Assembly (NCBI GenBank): GCA_963693365.1
Contig: CAVNZM010000005.1
Location: 5,959,167-6,023,166 of the forward strand
Source of the DNA: Amoebidium appalachense
Lineage: Eukaryota > Protista > Ichthyosporea
Direction: 5' to 3'
DNA: 64,000 nucleotides
Under the pieces are notes generated by a model. The model was not told where the DNA came from and ran no database searches. It saw nothing but the letters and a program-made list of their open reading frames with translations. The number at the start of each line of letters is the position of its first letter. Position 1 is the stretch's first letter. Of this stretch, positions 1 through 21,882 are shown in pieces. Made by a program: the position numbers and the translations under genes.

Positions 1-6
1 GTGTTT

Positions 7-70
<64 letters not shown>

Positions 71-128
71 GAGAGAGAGAGACACACAGAGAGAGGGAGA
101 GAGGGAGAGAGTGAGTGTGTGCGTGTGG

Positions 129-169
<41 letters not shown>

Positions 170-333
170 ACGCGCGCGTGCGCGTGCGTGTGTGTATGTG
201 AATGTTTGTGTGTGTGCGTGTTGTGTGCGCTTGTGTCCGTGCGTCAGTGTTGCTAATGCTATTTGCTGGTTCAAGTTCATCACTTACAAAGCAATTCTTG
301 AGAAGCCTTCCTTTATTGGTACACTGGCAACCT

Positions 334-4118
<3,785 letters not shown>

Positions 4119-4294
4119 CTGCGCCCAAAACCATCGGTCAAAAGAGCTACCTATGGCCACGGCCCCCATCCTTCAGCCCCTTCCCCACCTTCCACGCCCC
4201 CTTGTCCAAACACATACACGCAAAACCACACAAATAAACATATTCACGGTCGAATTGATCACACCCGCACACATATCCCGTCATCTTCCTCCAA

Positions 4295-4332
<38 letters not shown>

Positions 4333-5003
4333 TCCAAACCTTCCTCCCCCCCCCCCCCCCCCTCCACCCCTGCCCACCACCACCACCACCACACGCACAA
4401 ACCCACTCAACACAAAGCCACCTGCTTGTTGTGCGCCCAGCTCCCCCCCCCCCCCCCCCTCCCCCCCCTCCCCCCCCTCCCCTCCCCCCCAACCACCACC
4501 ACCACCATCCCCACCCGCACCACCACCCTTACTACCTCTACCAACAACAACAGACTCCGTCGTCCCAACGTGTCCTCCTACTCTACCTAAGGACACACTC
4601 TTACAAGAAATCACCCTTAGCACCACTCTTGTGTGTGCACTATTCTCTTCCATTTCACAAGAGAATCCCGCCGGTACAGAGCTTTTATGGGACAGTCTGC
4701 AACTCATAAAAATGCAAAGTGCAAACCTCATAAAAGCGGACAGAGCATCAATAATTAATGTGCTATCTATTGCGGGTAAGCAAGCACGGTGACTTGGGAA
4801 CTATAACGGATCCTTTCTTGGAAAGTTCCAAAAATGCAACAAATTTCAATGGTAGGGTAGCCTTAATAGGTACTGTTTGCTGGTCACACACATCTGCTTC
4901 ATAACCAATAGCAACATGATGGAGCCCTACTTTCTTGCATATCATTTGGCGAGGTATCGTTCACAGTACTGTACGCACACTGAAAGAAAACAGAGAGAAA
5001 TAA

Positions 5004-5034
<31 letters not shown>

Positions 5035-5557
5035 GGAGAAAAAGAATAAGAAAGACAAAAACACAACAGTGACATCGTATACTATCTTCCCGTCAGCGCG
5101 TATCCAGAGGTCAATCACAATTAGAAAAATTTATAAAACTATTTTATTCTTTGAGCTATTTCCAGCCTTGTCCTTATTTCAGCCAGTTCGATTCCATCCA
5201 TTCCCACCTTCCCTTCAACTTTCAATCAATCCTAGGCCTAGCTCAAAGGGGAAAAAAGAAGAAGGGACGACACTCACACGTAATCTAGTTAGGTTGAGTT
5301 CTAAACAGCATACTTCAACAACAAATGAAACCGACACCGAAAATCAGCAAGCAAAAAAGCTACACTCCCAATAGAATACAGTTACGTTGCATTTTTTCTA
5401 AACCTCTTCAAGCACAAATGGATAGACCTCTTCAAGCACAAATGGATATTCACATGGCTCATAAAATCACACTTCGAATAGAATTTCGTTAGCTTGTATC
5501 CTCAAACTGCTCAAATTCAAAGCAACCATTAAGCACATATGAAACAGACACCGAAAA

Positions 5558-6581
5558 TCAATCATCACCCACCACGTTCTGCTGCAAGACGGAGAGTTCA
5601 GCAATCTGCACGTGCCCGGCAGACTCGGTACCACCATTGTACGAACTACCAATGCCCAATTGTGCCGTGAGAAACAACAAGAGAAAACAAGGAGCGAGAA
5701 AAGAAGAACACAACAAAAGAAGCAATAGCTGGGCAGCAATATCTTTTGAACCCCCTTTTTTCGTCTCCACACCCCCCCCCCCCCCCCCCTCCCTCCTCTT
5801 CCGCCCTACAAAAAAAAAAAAAGGAAGAAAAAAAAAATAAAAGAAAAGAAAAGAAAAAGAATTTGAAAGAAAACCCCACCAGAGGGAGGGAGAAATTCGG
5901 TGCCGGCTTGCCACCCTTACCCCCCCCCCCCCCCCCCCCCCCCCACACACACACACAAAAACATAAAACAGAAAAACCGAATAAAAATGATGATGAAACT
6001 TCAAAACAAGTGATACGGGAACAAGTGGGTTCAACTAAACCCGGCCCACTTTACAAGGACAAACGTGTAATTCGATTGATGTATTTGTAAAAACTCAATT
6101 TTGTTTGTGTTTACTTATAACATGTAGTGTTCTCTTGTACTTACCCTGAGAAGTTATCTGCACGAGGAAAAATCGGGGCAAAAAGCCGAAACATATTTGC
6201 TAGCAGGGTATCTTTTCTACGGGCTGTTCGAGGAATTGGTGGTAGAGGCATGCACAACCCCATAAACAATTGAACTCTAAATCGATCTGAACGTAGGATC
6301 ATGACACGAAGGGTGCCTAAAACGACGAGATTTAACACTTGCCAGAAAGCAACAAAATTACCAGGGAGACAGTGAGCGGACAAAAACACACACAAAAAAA
6401 AAAAGAAAAAAAAAAAGGGGGGGGGGGGGGGGGGGGGGGGGGGAAGAAACAAAAAAAAAAAAAAAAAAACGAAAAAAAATAAAACAAGAAAAACCACACA
6501 AACCTTAAGACTCTTAACCCGACTCTTCTGGAGAGATTAAAAACTCTTGCACTAGTGCACCCTCTTTACGTTATTATGTCT

Positions 6582-6623
<42 letters not shown>

Positions 6624-6983
6624 AGGGAAGGGGGGGAGGGGAAGGGAAGGGGGGGAGGGGGGGGGGGGGGGGGGGGGGGGGGGCATCTGCACCTGACTGA
6701 ATGCGAGGGCCTGAAGTTGTTTCTTGCCTCTAAGGCTACACGGAATTTTTTGGACGGCACAAAGTCATCCTCACCCTGGTTGTTCCAGCCCTGGAAATAT
6801 AACTGGGTAAGAAACGAGACTCTCGGATATAAAGGATTGCTACCCATGTAGTGACGGTGGTGGTGGGCGCAAGAAAAGAAAAAAAATGAAGAAATAAGGA
6901 GGAGGAGGAAATGGTGTAAAGGTAAGCGGAAGATATCCGGAAGAAAAGAAAGGGGAGGTGGAAAAAAACGGGGGGGGGGAAAA

Positions 6984-7029
<46 letters not shown>

Positions 7030-7196
7030 AAGCGCCATAAATTTTGTGCTGCTCACTGAGATGTTTCATTATGTGATTCCTTTACCCACACGACCCGTCT
7101 TGCCACTCTCTCAGTGTCTCTCATTTTTCCACCTATCCGACCCCAACTACCAGCTACCCACCGGCCACTTCCTCTCTATCACTCTCTCTCTCTATG

Positions 7197-7240
<44 letters not shown>

Positions 7241-7675
7241 CCAATCCCTCCCTCACTCCCTCTCTCTCTCTCTCCCCCTCCCTCTCTCTCTCTCTCCCTC
7301 TCTCTATCTCTCCCAACCCCCCCACTCCCCCTCCCCCCTCTCCCCCACCCTTCCCCCCCACCTCCTCCTTCTCGCTTCAGTTTATTTCGAACCCTGACCT
7401 GTGTGAAATAAAGTGCTACGTGCTGTAATATGTTGCCATGACTTGTATGAACGTGCTTCCCTTCCCTGCGACCTCGTATCCAACCTCAGTTCAGCCGAAT
7501 TCTTCCAACCTGTATATGTGCCCTCGACCGGTGCTCTCGTTTGACGTTAAACTGAAAAAGAATGATGACCGCTGAATGTTGCTTGTTCAGAGCAGGTATG
7601 AATCAGGGAGTAGAAAGGCGTTGGAAATACAGGAACTCTTACCCCAGAAGAAGAGAATGGACGACGAGACATCTT
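5558..7675 (-). other. Possible spliced gene of unknown function
   Basis: Complex-sequence islands between low-complexity tracts carry minus-strand splice signals: ATG..GG|GTAAGA near 7675-7645, candidate exon ~6838-6693 (NPLYPRVSFLTQLYFQGWNNQGEDDFVPSKKFRVALEARNNFR) and donor G|GTAAGT near 6144. No homology recognised and the model is not closed. Confidence 0.25.
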
Positions 7676-8290
7676 CGATAGCTGTTCTGACGAGCACTCG
7701 GCGCTTTCTCGTTCTTATTTGTGGTGGGGTATCGATTGATGCACAAGACGCTCGCACGTTTTATTATTAGGAGGCTGCAGGGCTATTTATCCCGTTGTTT
7801 CACCTTATTGAGTTAAAAGTAATAAGATGCACTTCGAACAAGAATTCCGTACGCTTATGGAAACTCTTATGTGCAGGAGCATCTACGTTTCTAAATGACA
7901 TAGCACCACACCTCTGACATGTGCTAGTTCATAGAAAACAAATCTTTGCACTTGTTTAACTGAGAGCGAGAACCCATCACTCCACAACGATTCACTTGCT
8001 ATTTTCCCGGGTGACACACTGACTACATAGTTCAATGCGGAACCGCTCTTTCTTTCGAGAGAAGTTCACAAGGGGCGGCCTTTTTGTGTGTTTTTGTGAT
8101 ATCACAAATTTTCCCGCCAAAATTACCTTCTCCAAAAATAGCACTCCAATGGACAACAGTTACTTTATTTAGGATTATGACGTCACCCCCCGCGTTGCAC
8201 CCGGAAAGTTTCGATCAGATGCAGTCAGTCACACAACAGGCTTCGTGGAGAAGAGAAAAGAGAGTAGTTTCACGTAACGAAGTAGCAAAG

Positions 8291-12035
<3,745 letters not shown>

Positions 12036-13040
12036 ATAATGGGGGAGAATATGTGTGTGTGTGTGTGTTAATGGGTGAATCTTCAAAAGATACGGACGGT
12101 TTCTTTCTTGTGCAAAGTGAAGGAAGTTGAAAAGCAGGGGTGTAATGTGCGAGTGCGAGTTTTGGGGAGGTGGGTGGCAGGGAGAGAGTGCTTGTGTTGA
12201 AGGTGTTAAAGAGTAGATGGGGGATGGAGGAAACAGTTTGGATGCCGTGGTGATGCACCATATAAGGCGCAATGCATTTCCTAGTTTGGTAAAAATAATA
12301 ATAATAATTTAAGGGAGAAGCACTGGGTGCATCTAAAAAAGACATTATGTATGATCTGTGAACTACCACATGCCCAAACGGGTTGTCCCCCCCCCCCCCC
12401 CCTCCCCATCTTCCCTTCGGCCCTCCTTCCCGAGGTTGAGTTCTGCTTAATAATATGGTGCATGTTCTAAGTTGTGCAACTATTCAATTTTCTGTTGTCA
12501 CGCGACATGAATGTGTACTCTGTACTCGTACTACTCACACACGCACACACGATCGCGAGCACGCACGGCGTACTTTCCTCCCTTTAGGCAAAGCATGATG
12601 AGTGCAGCAGTCCACACCCCTTCGTGTCCTGACCTAGTCCTACAGAGTACATAGCTGGCCCACCCAAAAAAATGACACGTCCCAACCCCTCTGGGCCATC
12701 CACCCAGCGCAAACACGTGCACACACACACCACACACGCACACTCACTCACTCACACTGTGTCTGTGCTTGGGGGGGAGGGGGTGGGGGGATTAGAATAT
12801 GTAGTGCGGTATATCATACGATGTACAAAGTGATTGGGGGTGGGGGGATTAGAATATGTAGTGCGGTATATCATACGATGTACAAAGTGATTGGGGGTGG
12901 GGGGTGGGGTAGGTGGTGGTGGAGATGGTGGTTGGGGGGGGGAAGGGGGGATGGTGGGGGGGGGGGGGGGGGGGGGGGAGGGAGGGCAAATTAAATCAAC
13001 ATGCATATGTAGTGGGGGCTGGGTGGGAGGCAGGGGGTGT

Positions 13041-13071
<31 letters not shown>

Positions 13072-13477
13072 GGGGGAGGGGGGGGGGGGGGGGTTTACAA
13101 TTATGGGGTGGGGGGCCCGAGGTTACTAAACTACATACAGCTAGAGCCTCGGGAGCAATTGAAGAAGGAATCTGAGGGACTCCGAATGAACAGGCTAAAA
13201 CAGAGAGCTGAACGAGCCACTGTGACAGTCACTGTCACACGGCATCATTTGGGTCCGGACTACTATTAGTCAAGGCCACAACTAATTGGCCATGCAGATG
13301 AAACAAGTTATAAGTATTTTGGTGTGCACGTTACTTTGAAAATCAATTGCAATATATCGATTCCCCTTTTACGAGCCATGGTTTGGCCACTAGAGTTTTC
13401 AACTCGGCTTTTTATTGGCTCCCGGGAGTGGATTATAGTAACTTTCATACCTGGTAGGTTGTCGCTCGTAATGAAAC

Positions 13478-13554
<77 letters not shown>

Positions 13555-14339
13555 ACGCGCCCGCCCACTTAGATGGCCCACGGTATTTTCCGTGGTTGTA
13601 TCATGATGCACTACATAAATCTTGGGTTTGTGCTGGCTCGGCGAAACAAATTGACATGTTGTTGAATAGGTAGTATTTGCTACTCATGTATGTTGTTAAC
13701 TCAAAATTTCTTTCTCAATCATGAATTTAAATTTAGCTTAAGGACAACGATCAGTCAAATTGTTGTATTGAGTGGTTCAAGTTCACGTTGAATACCCCTT
13801 AAACTCTGACATGTGTCAGGCCTTCAACCCTTACGCCGTATAATATTGGTGCGGGAAAAGACGACCTCTAGCCAGTAAGGTGCATAGTACTCAAGATAGA
13901 TTTACTGATCTGCTTCTACATCGAGCCATACATACATCGATCTCTGCAGACGGCAAACACTCACCTTCACTTGATTAGTCACCCTTTCGTCCCTCCGCCA
14001 TCATCACCCCCTTCCTCTGCTCCCCAGGAGTATTCGAGGGTACATATGTACTGAGGGCGGAGAAGAGAAGAGGAAAGGAGGGTGTAGGCAGTGGTCAGGG
14101 AGGGGGCTGGCAAGCCTCGGGAAGGGTGAAAGGGTGGGGGTGGGGGGGTGGGGGGAAGAGGGGGACAGGAGGGGAAAGAGGGAAGAGGAGAGAGGGGAAG
14201 AACTTAAAAGAGCTAGAGAGGGGGAGGGGAAGAGAGAGAGGGGGAGAGAGAGGGAGAGGGAGGGGGAGAGAGAGAGAGAGAGGAGAGAGAGAGTGTGTGT
14301 TGTGTGTGTCACTGCGGTGCACACACACACACACACACA

Positions 14340-14418
<79 letters not shown>

Positions 14419-14568
14419 CTTCTCCCTCCCTCTCTCCCTCCCTCCCTCTCTCTTTCTCTCTTTCTCTCTCTCTCTCTCTCCCCCCCCTCCCCCTCTCTCC
14501 CCCCCCTCTCTCTCCGCCCCCTCCCACCCCTCTCTGTCTGCGTCTTCCCCTTTGTCTGGACGGTCTGT

Positions 14569-14613
<45 letters not shown>

Positions 14614-14617
14614 TGTC

Positions 14618-14650
<33 letters not shown>

Positions 14651-15397
14651 CCCTCCAACCCTCCTTCTCCCCTCCCTAGCACTCAAGGCCCCAACCACAT
14701 CGGCACGGTCAACTTGCAAATAGCAGAAGCATTCTGCTTTCGACAGCAGATAATAACACAGTGCAGGGCAGAACAGAGTTTTTTTTTCAAAACAAAAAAT
14801 GCAGAGAAGCCAGGCCCTGAAATTTCAATGGTCAAAATGGTGTCTTTAAGCTTTACTATGCGAGCAACAAAACTATTTCAGCACGGTTAAAGGTGTGTCG
14901 CCTTTTTAAAGTGAGTGCCTTTGCGTCTTCATTGGTCTAGTAGCATTGAAAAATGCTGTTTACGCCAAATATGGGCAACAGGTTCTTAAGGTAAACAACC
15001 ATTACACACACTTTAAGGGAGCACAACTTAACAGAAGGCAAAAATCAGCGTCAATATGCTGAAAGTACTAGTCTCCCAAATATTACAAAATAAAAACCTT
15101 TAAAAATTCTAGGATCCAAAAGCAATATATACTTCATATGATAGTCTTTGCTAACATGTAACTACTATCGGATCATGATACTGGCATGATAACCATGATT
15201 CCATATACTTATATCGTTTTATACTCCATGTGTTTCACTTGATATATACAAATGTGTCATACGGTGCTCACATACATATCATAGTAATTAAGCTAAAAAA
15301 AACGGCCTTACACCGCCTATCAGTATACTAGTTTATTCAACGATGTGCCTCGGCATTCTAGAACTGTGCAAAATCACACAAAATATAACCAGACGAC

Positions 15398-15820
15398 TTA
15401 AAGACTCTGCGTACTCGTCCCGTTTTGGCAACGGGCACGGCTATTTTTAGCGTATCCAAATATGGACCTTGCCAGCGGGATCTCAAAATAAGCCAATCCG
15501 CTGCCAGAGTCTGATAGCGATTGCTGACCGCAGGGATTCGATTGGCTGGTGAGATCCGCTTGCGCGGAAACCAGCACGAACTCTTTGTCCTCCTCCTCGC
15601 CTGTTGAAACTTAAGTCATTGATTAGTGAAAATTCGAAATCTGTGTAACCTTAATGTAGCGAGTTTGTTGTGTTGTGGTCTCTACGTTGATAATGGTGGG
15701 CAGGTGTTTGGGGGGAGGGGGGTGTTTGGGGGGGGTGGGGGGGGGGGTGGGGGGGGGGGGGGTGGCTAAAAAGCTTCGGCAGGGTTACCAACCCACGAGG
15801 GGCGGATGTCAGTGGGAAGG

Positions 15821-15856
<36 letters not shown>

Positions 15857-16684
15857 TTGCGTGCGCGCGCACACACAGACACACACACGCTCGCCAGGGG
15901 GAGGGGAGCGGGAGAAGGGGGGAAGGGGGGGTGGGGTGGGGGGAGCTTCCTACCGAAATCCTTCTGTGGGGCAGTCCACATTTGTGACCCGGCAGGGGTG
16001 ATGTATGGGGTGAGGTGGCTGGGAAGGCAGTCACTTGCAGTACCCCCCTCAGTTAGGAAACTGAGCAAGGGCTTGGTTGTTTTGATTGGTTCATCTGTAG
16101 ACCCACATACTGGGGCTGGTTGGTTTTGATTGGATGGCGTGCTAGAAGGGAACGATCCGCTCGTTTTGATTGGGCAATCGGTAGATCCAGACCACGCGCT
16201 GGCGTAGATTTCGGAGGAAATTTCGCCCAATCGCGTTGTTTTGGACGGGTGCCACGGAATCTGCGTCGATCTGGATTCATCTTCCATGGCCATTGGGGTT
16301 TGTTCTTTTGCATTCCATTGTTCGATATTGGAATTTAGATTGGAATTTAGCACCGCCTCTGTGAACGACTCCGAAATGGCCAAAGTTGCAATGAGGGACG
16401 TGAGGCCAGATGACGGGTCAGCATCGGCTGATTTTTGCCCAATGGGAATTGGCGTTTCGCCTTCGGCACACGTGATTGGTTCGTTTTGGGGCAGTTGTGG
16501 TGGCGACAAATCCACGGACCTGGATGGGTGGCATGGGTGAGAGGAGTGCTGGTGAAATAATTTCGAAGCTCATGTTGTAGGAGAATAGGCTGAAGCATAA
16601 TTTAATGATTATAAAGGAAGGAAGGGATTCGGCAGAAGGAGGGAGGAGAGGTGAGGGAGAGCGGGGGTGAGAAGGGAGGGGGGT

Positions 16685-16720
<36 letters not shown>

Positions 16721-17482
16721 GAAGGGACGAGAGAGCCTCGAGAGAGAAAAAGTGTGTGTGTGATAAAAAAAAAAAAGCTTGACCAATAATCAGAGGAGGC
16801 TCACTCTTAGTGTTTGCTTTGCAGGAAGGAGGAGGGAAGGGGGAGCCGGCAGGCGCGCGTCACAGTGTGTGTGTGTGTGTGTGGGTGTGTGTTTGTGTTT
16901 TTGTGTGGGAGGGGGTCTGTTGGGATGCAGGATGGAGGAAGGGAAGGGAAGGATTCGGTGGATCTGAAAAAGGCAGGAAAAGCATGGGAGAAAGTATGTG
17001 TGTGTGTGTGTTGGGGTGGGGGGGGGGGGGGGGGGGGGGGGGGGGGATACATACGTGGCTGTGACGTCATGTGATTGTGGTGGCACGACCTCAACAATGC
17101 ACCACAAGCCGTGGCCAAACACACGGCCCCCACTGCTGAGGCTCCAGTAGCTGATTGGGCGATGGCACCGAGATTAGCCATAAATGAAAAAGACATTCGA
17201 CACGTGACTGGCTTGCATGTTAAATCTCGACCAAGGACCAAATCCCCAGGGGTGCCTTACCAAACTCAGGATGCGGACTCCCCCTCCCCCCCCCCCCCCC
17301 TCCCCCTCTCTTTCACCCCCCCCCCCACCCCCCTCTCCTCCTCCCCCCTTCCCCCCCCCTCCCCCCCCACACACCTTTCCCACCCGCCCTCAAACATCAC
17401 ATCCTCAAACTCCCCCCCTACCCCCTCCCGGGGGGCCCCCCCACACACACACCAACCATCCCTCCCCCCTCCCCCGCCACAA

Positions 17483-17526
<44 letters not shown>

Positions 17527-17991
17527 CCACCAACCCCCCCCCCCCCCCCCCTCCCCTCCACCCCCTCCCCCCCCCCCCTCCCCCCCCCCCCCCCCCCCAA
17601 TAATAAAAACCGAATACACACCATTCATGTTTGCCTGCTGTAAGAGGTGCTGTCACGACCACCGAAACCACCGTTTCCTCCCCTGGGCCAACCATCTCCA
17701 CCCCCATAGGGGTCCCAGGCATGGTACCCCTCACGAACGTAAGTTCAGTATCTGAAGGCCAGAAATTTCCCCCCGTATTTTTCACCAACCACTGCTTGGT
17801 AAACCTTTCACCAATATGCACTTTTTCGTCGTCCGGGATAGTCACGTCGCGGACAAACTCTGCTTTTGGCAGTGATTTTCTGCGTGGATATTGGATAGGA
17901 CTTGCAATTGCGGGATATGCGTCGGCACCGCTTGCGCTGTTGCTGCTTCGTCGGCGTGGGCGGCGGTGGTCTTTTTCGAGGTCGGAACGTG

Positions 17992-18030
<39 letters not shown>

Positions 18031-18231
18031 GGTGGGTGTGGGGGTGTGTTTGGTGGCGGCTGGGGGAGGGAGGGGGATGGGGTGGGGTGGGGGGGGGGGG
18101 GGAGACCGGTCAGCAGGTTATATGTACACACTCACGACCTGCAACACGGCGCATATTTTGTGTGTCTTTATGTGTTATGGTATGTGCTGGGGGTGGGGTG
18201 GTGGTGGTGGTGGGAGAGGGGGGCATTTGGG

Positions 18232-18263
<32 letters not shown>

Positions 18264-18360
18264 AGAATGGAGAAAGAAAGGAGGGAAAGGGGAGCATAGG
18301 GAGAGATGTGGGAAGCTGGCAACGAAAGAAAGCCATTGAGATGTGTCAATATGGTTGTGT

Positions 18361-18409
<49 letters not shown>

Positions 18410-19011
18410 GAAACAAGGGGAGGTGGGGTATGAGGGACGGGGGGAGTGGAGAGATGGGGAGGGGAGGGGAGGGCGGGACACCGGATGGTGGAGACAGGGG
18501 GGGGGGGGGGGGGGGAAGGGGAGGGGGGGGGGGGAGGGAGGGGGCCTACCTGCGAGGGCTAAGGCCTGTGCTGTCATGCCGCGAAACACTGAAATGGGGG
18601 CACGGGATTGGTCGGTCGTCATGTCCACCTCGCGTGATTGGCCGTTCGTCATGCCTATACTTGTCCATAAACCCGGTAGTCATAGTATCGTGACTGAACG
18701 AGCGGGGTCGTCCGGGCGACGAAGCGTGGGCGAATGATGAGAGGGGGGCGAGAGGGGGGGCAGAGCAGGGCAAACGGATGGGTGAGGGGGTGAGGGGGGA
18801 CATCTGAGCTTGAGCAGAGCGTGGGTGGGATCGTGAAGATCTTTTGCTTCGCATGATTGGCAGAGGGAGACCCAATCACATGTGCTGCAGCGGAAAAGGG
18901 GCCCGACGATTGGTCCGTGGCACTGTGTGCATGGCACGTCCCACCGTACAGAGCCACTTGGTGCCGCTGTGTGCGCGTGTATGTGGGGTTGGGGGAGTGG
19001 GGGGAAGGAGA

Positions 19012-19047
<36 letters not shown>

Positions 19048-19153
19048 GTGTGTGTGTTTGCCGGGTGTGTGTGTGAGGATGAGAACGAAGGATAGGACTC
19101 CCCCCCCGATAGGACTCAGTCACTCACATTCGACCTTAGGCCATATCTCTTCC

Positions 19154-19199
<46 letters not shown>

Positions 19200-20190
19200 C
19201 CCTCTCACTCCCCACCCCCTCTCTTCTCTCCTTCTCCACCCCCCACCCCCCTTCCTTCGCTGCTCAACCTGTCCCCATAAAAGACCACTTTCCGTCATCC
19301 CAAGAAAAACGAACATCAAAACAAATATTCAATTGTGCTCATGCAACGCTAAGTTACTGCAAAGTCTCTCCCTACCCCCCTACCCCCCCTCCCCTTCCCC
19401 CCCCATACACATACCGTTCCTTTTGCTCCCTTACCCCCAATGTAAAATACCACTTCTGTCATCAACATCGGTGTTCCCTTCCCCCCCTCCCCCCCCCCCC
19501 CCCCCCCAGCCACTGTCGCCTCCGCTCTTACCCCCCCAACCCACGCAAAGCACCAGCTCCAACTTAGATTGCATGATTTTCCACCTATCAAAATGCCCAA
19601 ACACCCACCTGCTACGCTGCTATTGGTTGGGCAGCTGCCGCCCCTCAACGCCTGCACCACCCTATTGGCTATCTGGCTGACCAGTGTATCCACCGAGTCA
19701 CCACTTCCTGCATGCACCGAGCTCCTCTCCTCCAATGATATCGAGCCGCTCATTTCCATATCGGGAACTGACCAATGGGAGGTGGGCTTCTCACGGAATA
19801 CAGCCAATCGCATCGCTTTTGCTGCCGGCGCAACCAACCAGGCAAGATTGAGGTCGTCTGAGGGCAGGAAATGTCGTTAGGACCGCTCCAAACACACACT
19901 GGTCTTCTTGCAAACCCCCCCCCCCCCCCCCCTCCCCCGTCCCCTCTTCCACCTCCTCCTCCCATCTCTTCTACCTCCTCCCCTCCCCCCATCCCCCCCA
20001 TCTTCCTCCCTCCTCCCCGACCCCATGGCAACGACCATCACCATTACGCACATATACACCCACACCTACCCACCCCCTCAGCCCCCAGCACCCCCAACTT
20101 ATTCCGAACGCTCATCCACATACACCCCTTACCACACCTTCCCTATCTTTCCCTCCTTCTCACATGTTTCCCCCTTTTTATCCATGCCGT

Positions 20191-20222
<32 letters not shown>

Positions 20223-20565
20223 TTCACACACACACACACACACGGTGTAAACAGTAGGGAACATTAATGCTCGCCACATACTCATGATCGGAAGACGAAA
20301 GAGATGGTAGGGGTGGTAGGTGGCGGGCGGTTGGAAAGAGGGAAAATGGAAGGAGACAAGGGGAGAGGGGATTGGGTGGGGCGTGTGTGTGTGTGATCAT
20401 GAATTGTACAGGTGGGGGCCGGACCGGGGGGGAAAGGTGGGGGGGGGGGGGGGGGGGGGAAGGGGGTAACAACCTTGTGATGTGATCTCCATTGGCTTTG
20501 GGCTGCTCAGACAGTACACGTGCCCTTCAGGTAGGCGGTGGAGGTGTAGGATCTGTGTGTGTGAT

Positions 20566-20614
<49 letters not shown>

Positions 20615-21213
20615 GGGGGGTGTAAGGGGGGAGAGGGGGAAAGGGAGAGGTCATTGGGTGAGTTTCAGCATGTGCGTATCTTGTTGAGCTGAAAGTGAGT
20701 TTCCCCATACAAGAGGTAGGGTTGTTTCATTGTGGGGGGGGGGGGGGGGGGGGGGGGGGGGAAGGAAGGGGGGGGGGGGGGGGGTAGTTGATAGGAATTG
20801 GATGGAAATGATAGTCGTGGGTCGGTGGGGTGTGTAGGAAGGGGTGTGAAAGGATTGGGAGTAGGTGTTGATAGGGGGGGAGGGGCTATGTTTGTATGAT
20901 GGGTGGGGTAGAAGAAACTAAGCATATTAATGAGGCGTGTTAGACCCTTTCTATATTTAATGGGACAGTTCGGAAACGGCAATCTCAATTGGGTTTTTTG
21001 GAGGATGTTTTGCGGAAGGCCAAAGCACTTGTACTATCAGTAACAGTCACAAGTCCACTTGTTACATCCCCCCCCCCCCCCCCCCCCCTCCTATGTCTTC
21101 CCTCTTGCCCCCATCATATATCAACAGAACAACTGGAGTAAACAGAGTAGACATGGTATTTCTGAGTTCTTTTATCAGGCCAATACGTGTACCACATGAA
21201 TATAATAAGAAAG

Positions 21214-21251
<38 letters not shown>

Positions 21252-21325
21252 CAGTGATGGGGGTCCGGAAAGGAAGGCTGTGTGTGTATTTGTGTGTGCC
21301 ACGTGTGTGTGTGTGTTTGCGTGTT

Positions 21326-21409
<84 letters not shown>

Positions 21410-21426
21410 CGTGCGTGTGTATGCGC

Positions 21427-21464
<38 letters not shown>

Positions 21465-21882
21465 ATGTGTCTGCATATGTATGCGACTGTGCCTGCACGT
21501 ATTTGCTTGTGTGTGTAATTTAGGGTTTTATTGTGGTGCTGCTCTGATAGCCTGCAATGGCTATTTGTGTCTGCAACGGGGCTCGGACATCACCTTTACT
21601 AATAGTGGCATGCCATAACGTCCAATTGCACATGAACTTAGCAAAACAACAACATGTGCACACACCCGACATAACAACATTGTGCACGCACGTTAACATA
21701 ACTTTATAAATTGCCCGTATCTTTTGAGTATTGTCTGTGGGTGTCCGTGACATGTATGTTAAGTAATTTTGCCCTACCTCCGAATACAACTGGTCCCAGA
21801 GGGGTGACGGTTCACGTGGTTGGACGCTTTGCCACGTGCCACTGTGCCACACGTGATATCTGCGCAAATAGGTTTCCTCCAT
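15398..21882 (-). CDS. NBR1: NBR1-like selective autophagy receptor (PB1-like, ZZ zinc finger, FW/NBR1 domain, C-terminal LIR; no UBA)
   Basis: Eight GT-AG exons: 21882-21778, 20552-20474, 19857-19609, 18966-18550, 17993-17622, 17150-17055, 16519-16044, 15600-15398 (~665 aa). PB1-like ITSQDDLNLAW. ZZ CTQCHGPIVGPLFRCSTCDWVSLCQSCEAKDLHDPTHALLK. FW AEFVRDVTIPDDEKVHIGERFTKQWLVKNTGGNFWP...GKHECYWSLSSGGRVFGHGLWCIVEV. LIR-like EEEDKEFVLV. One C must be added at 18794-18799. Confidence 0.85.

Noticed and set aside
8178-8185. TGACGTCA (CRE-like) upstream of NDUFV3, also at ~49910
   Set aside because: An 8-bp motif is expected by chance, and there is no functional evidence.
12560-14830. Possible gene fragments between NDUFV3 and NBR1
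   Set aside because: Isolated splice-like signals only, with no consistent frame or recognisable protein.
14887-15016. Second TTAA-flanked MITE
   Set aside because: The terminal inverted match is too short to support a call.
18695-18802. Non-canonical AT-AG/AT-AC intron after the ZZ domain
   Set aside because: The donor does not match ATATCCTT, and a single C added in the C6 run gives a natural continuous frame.
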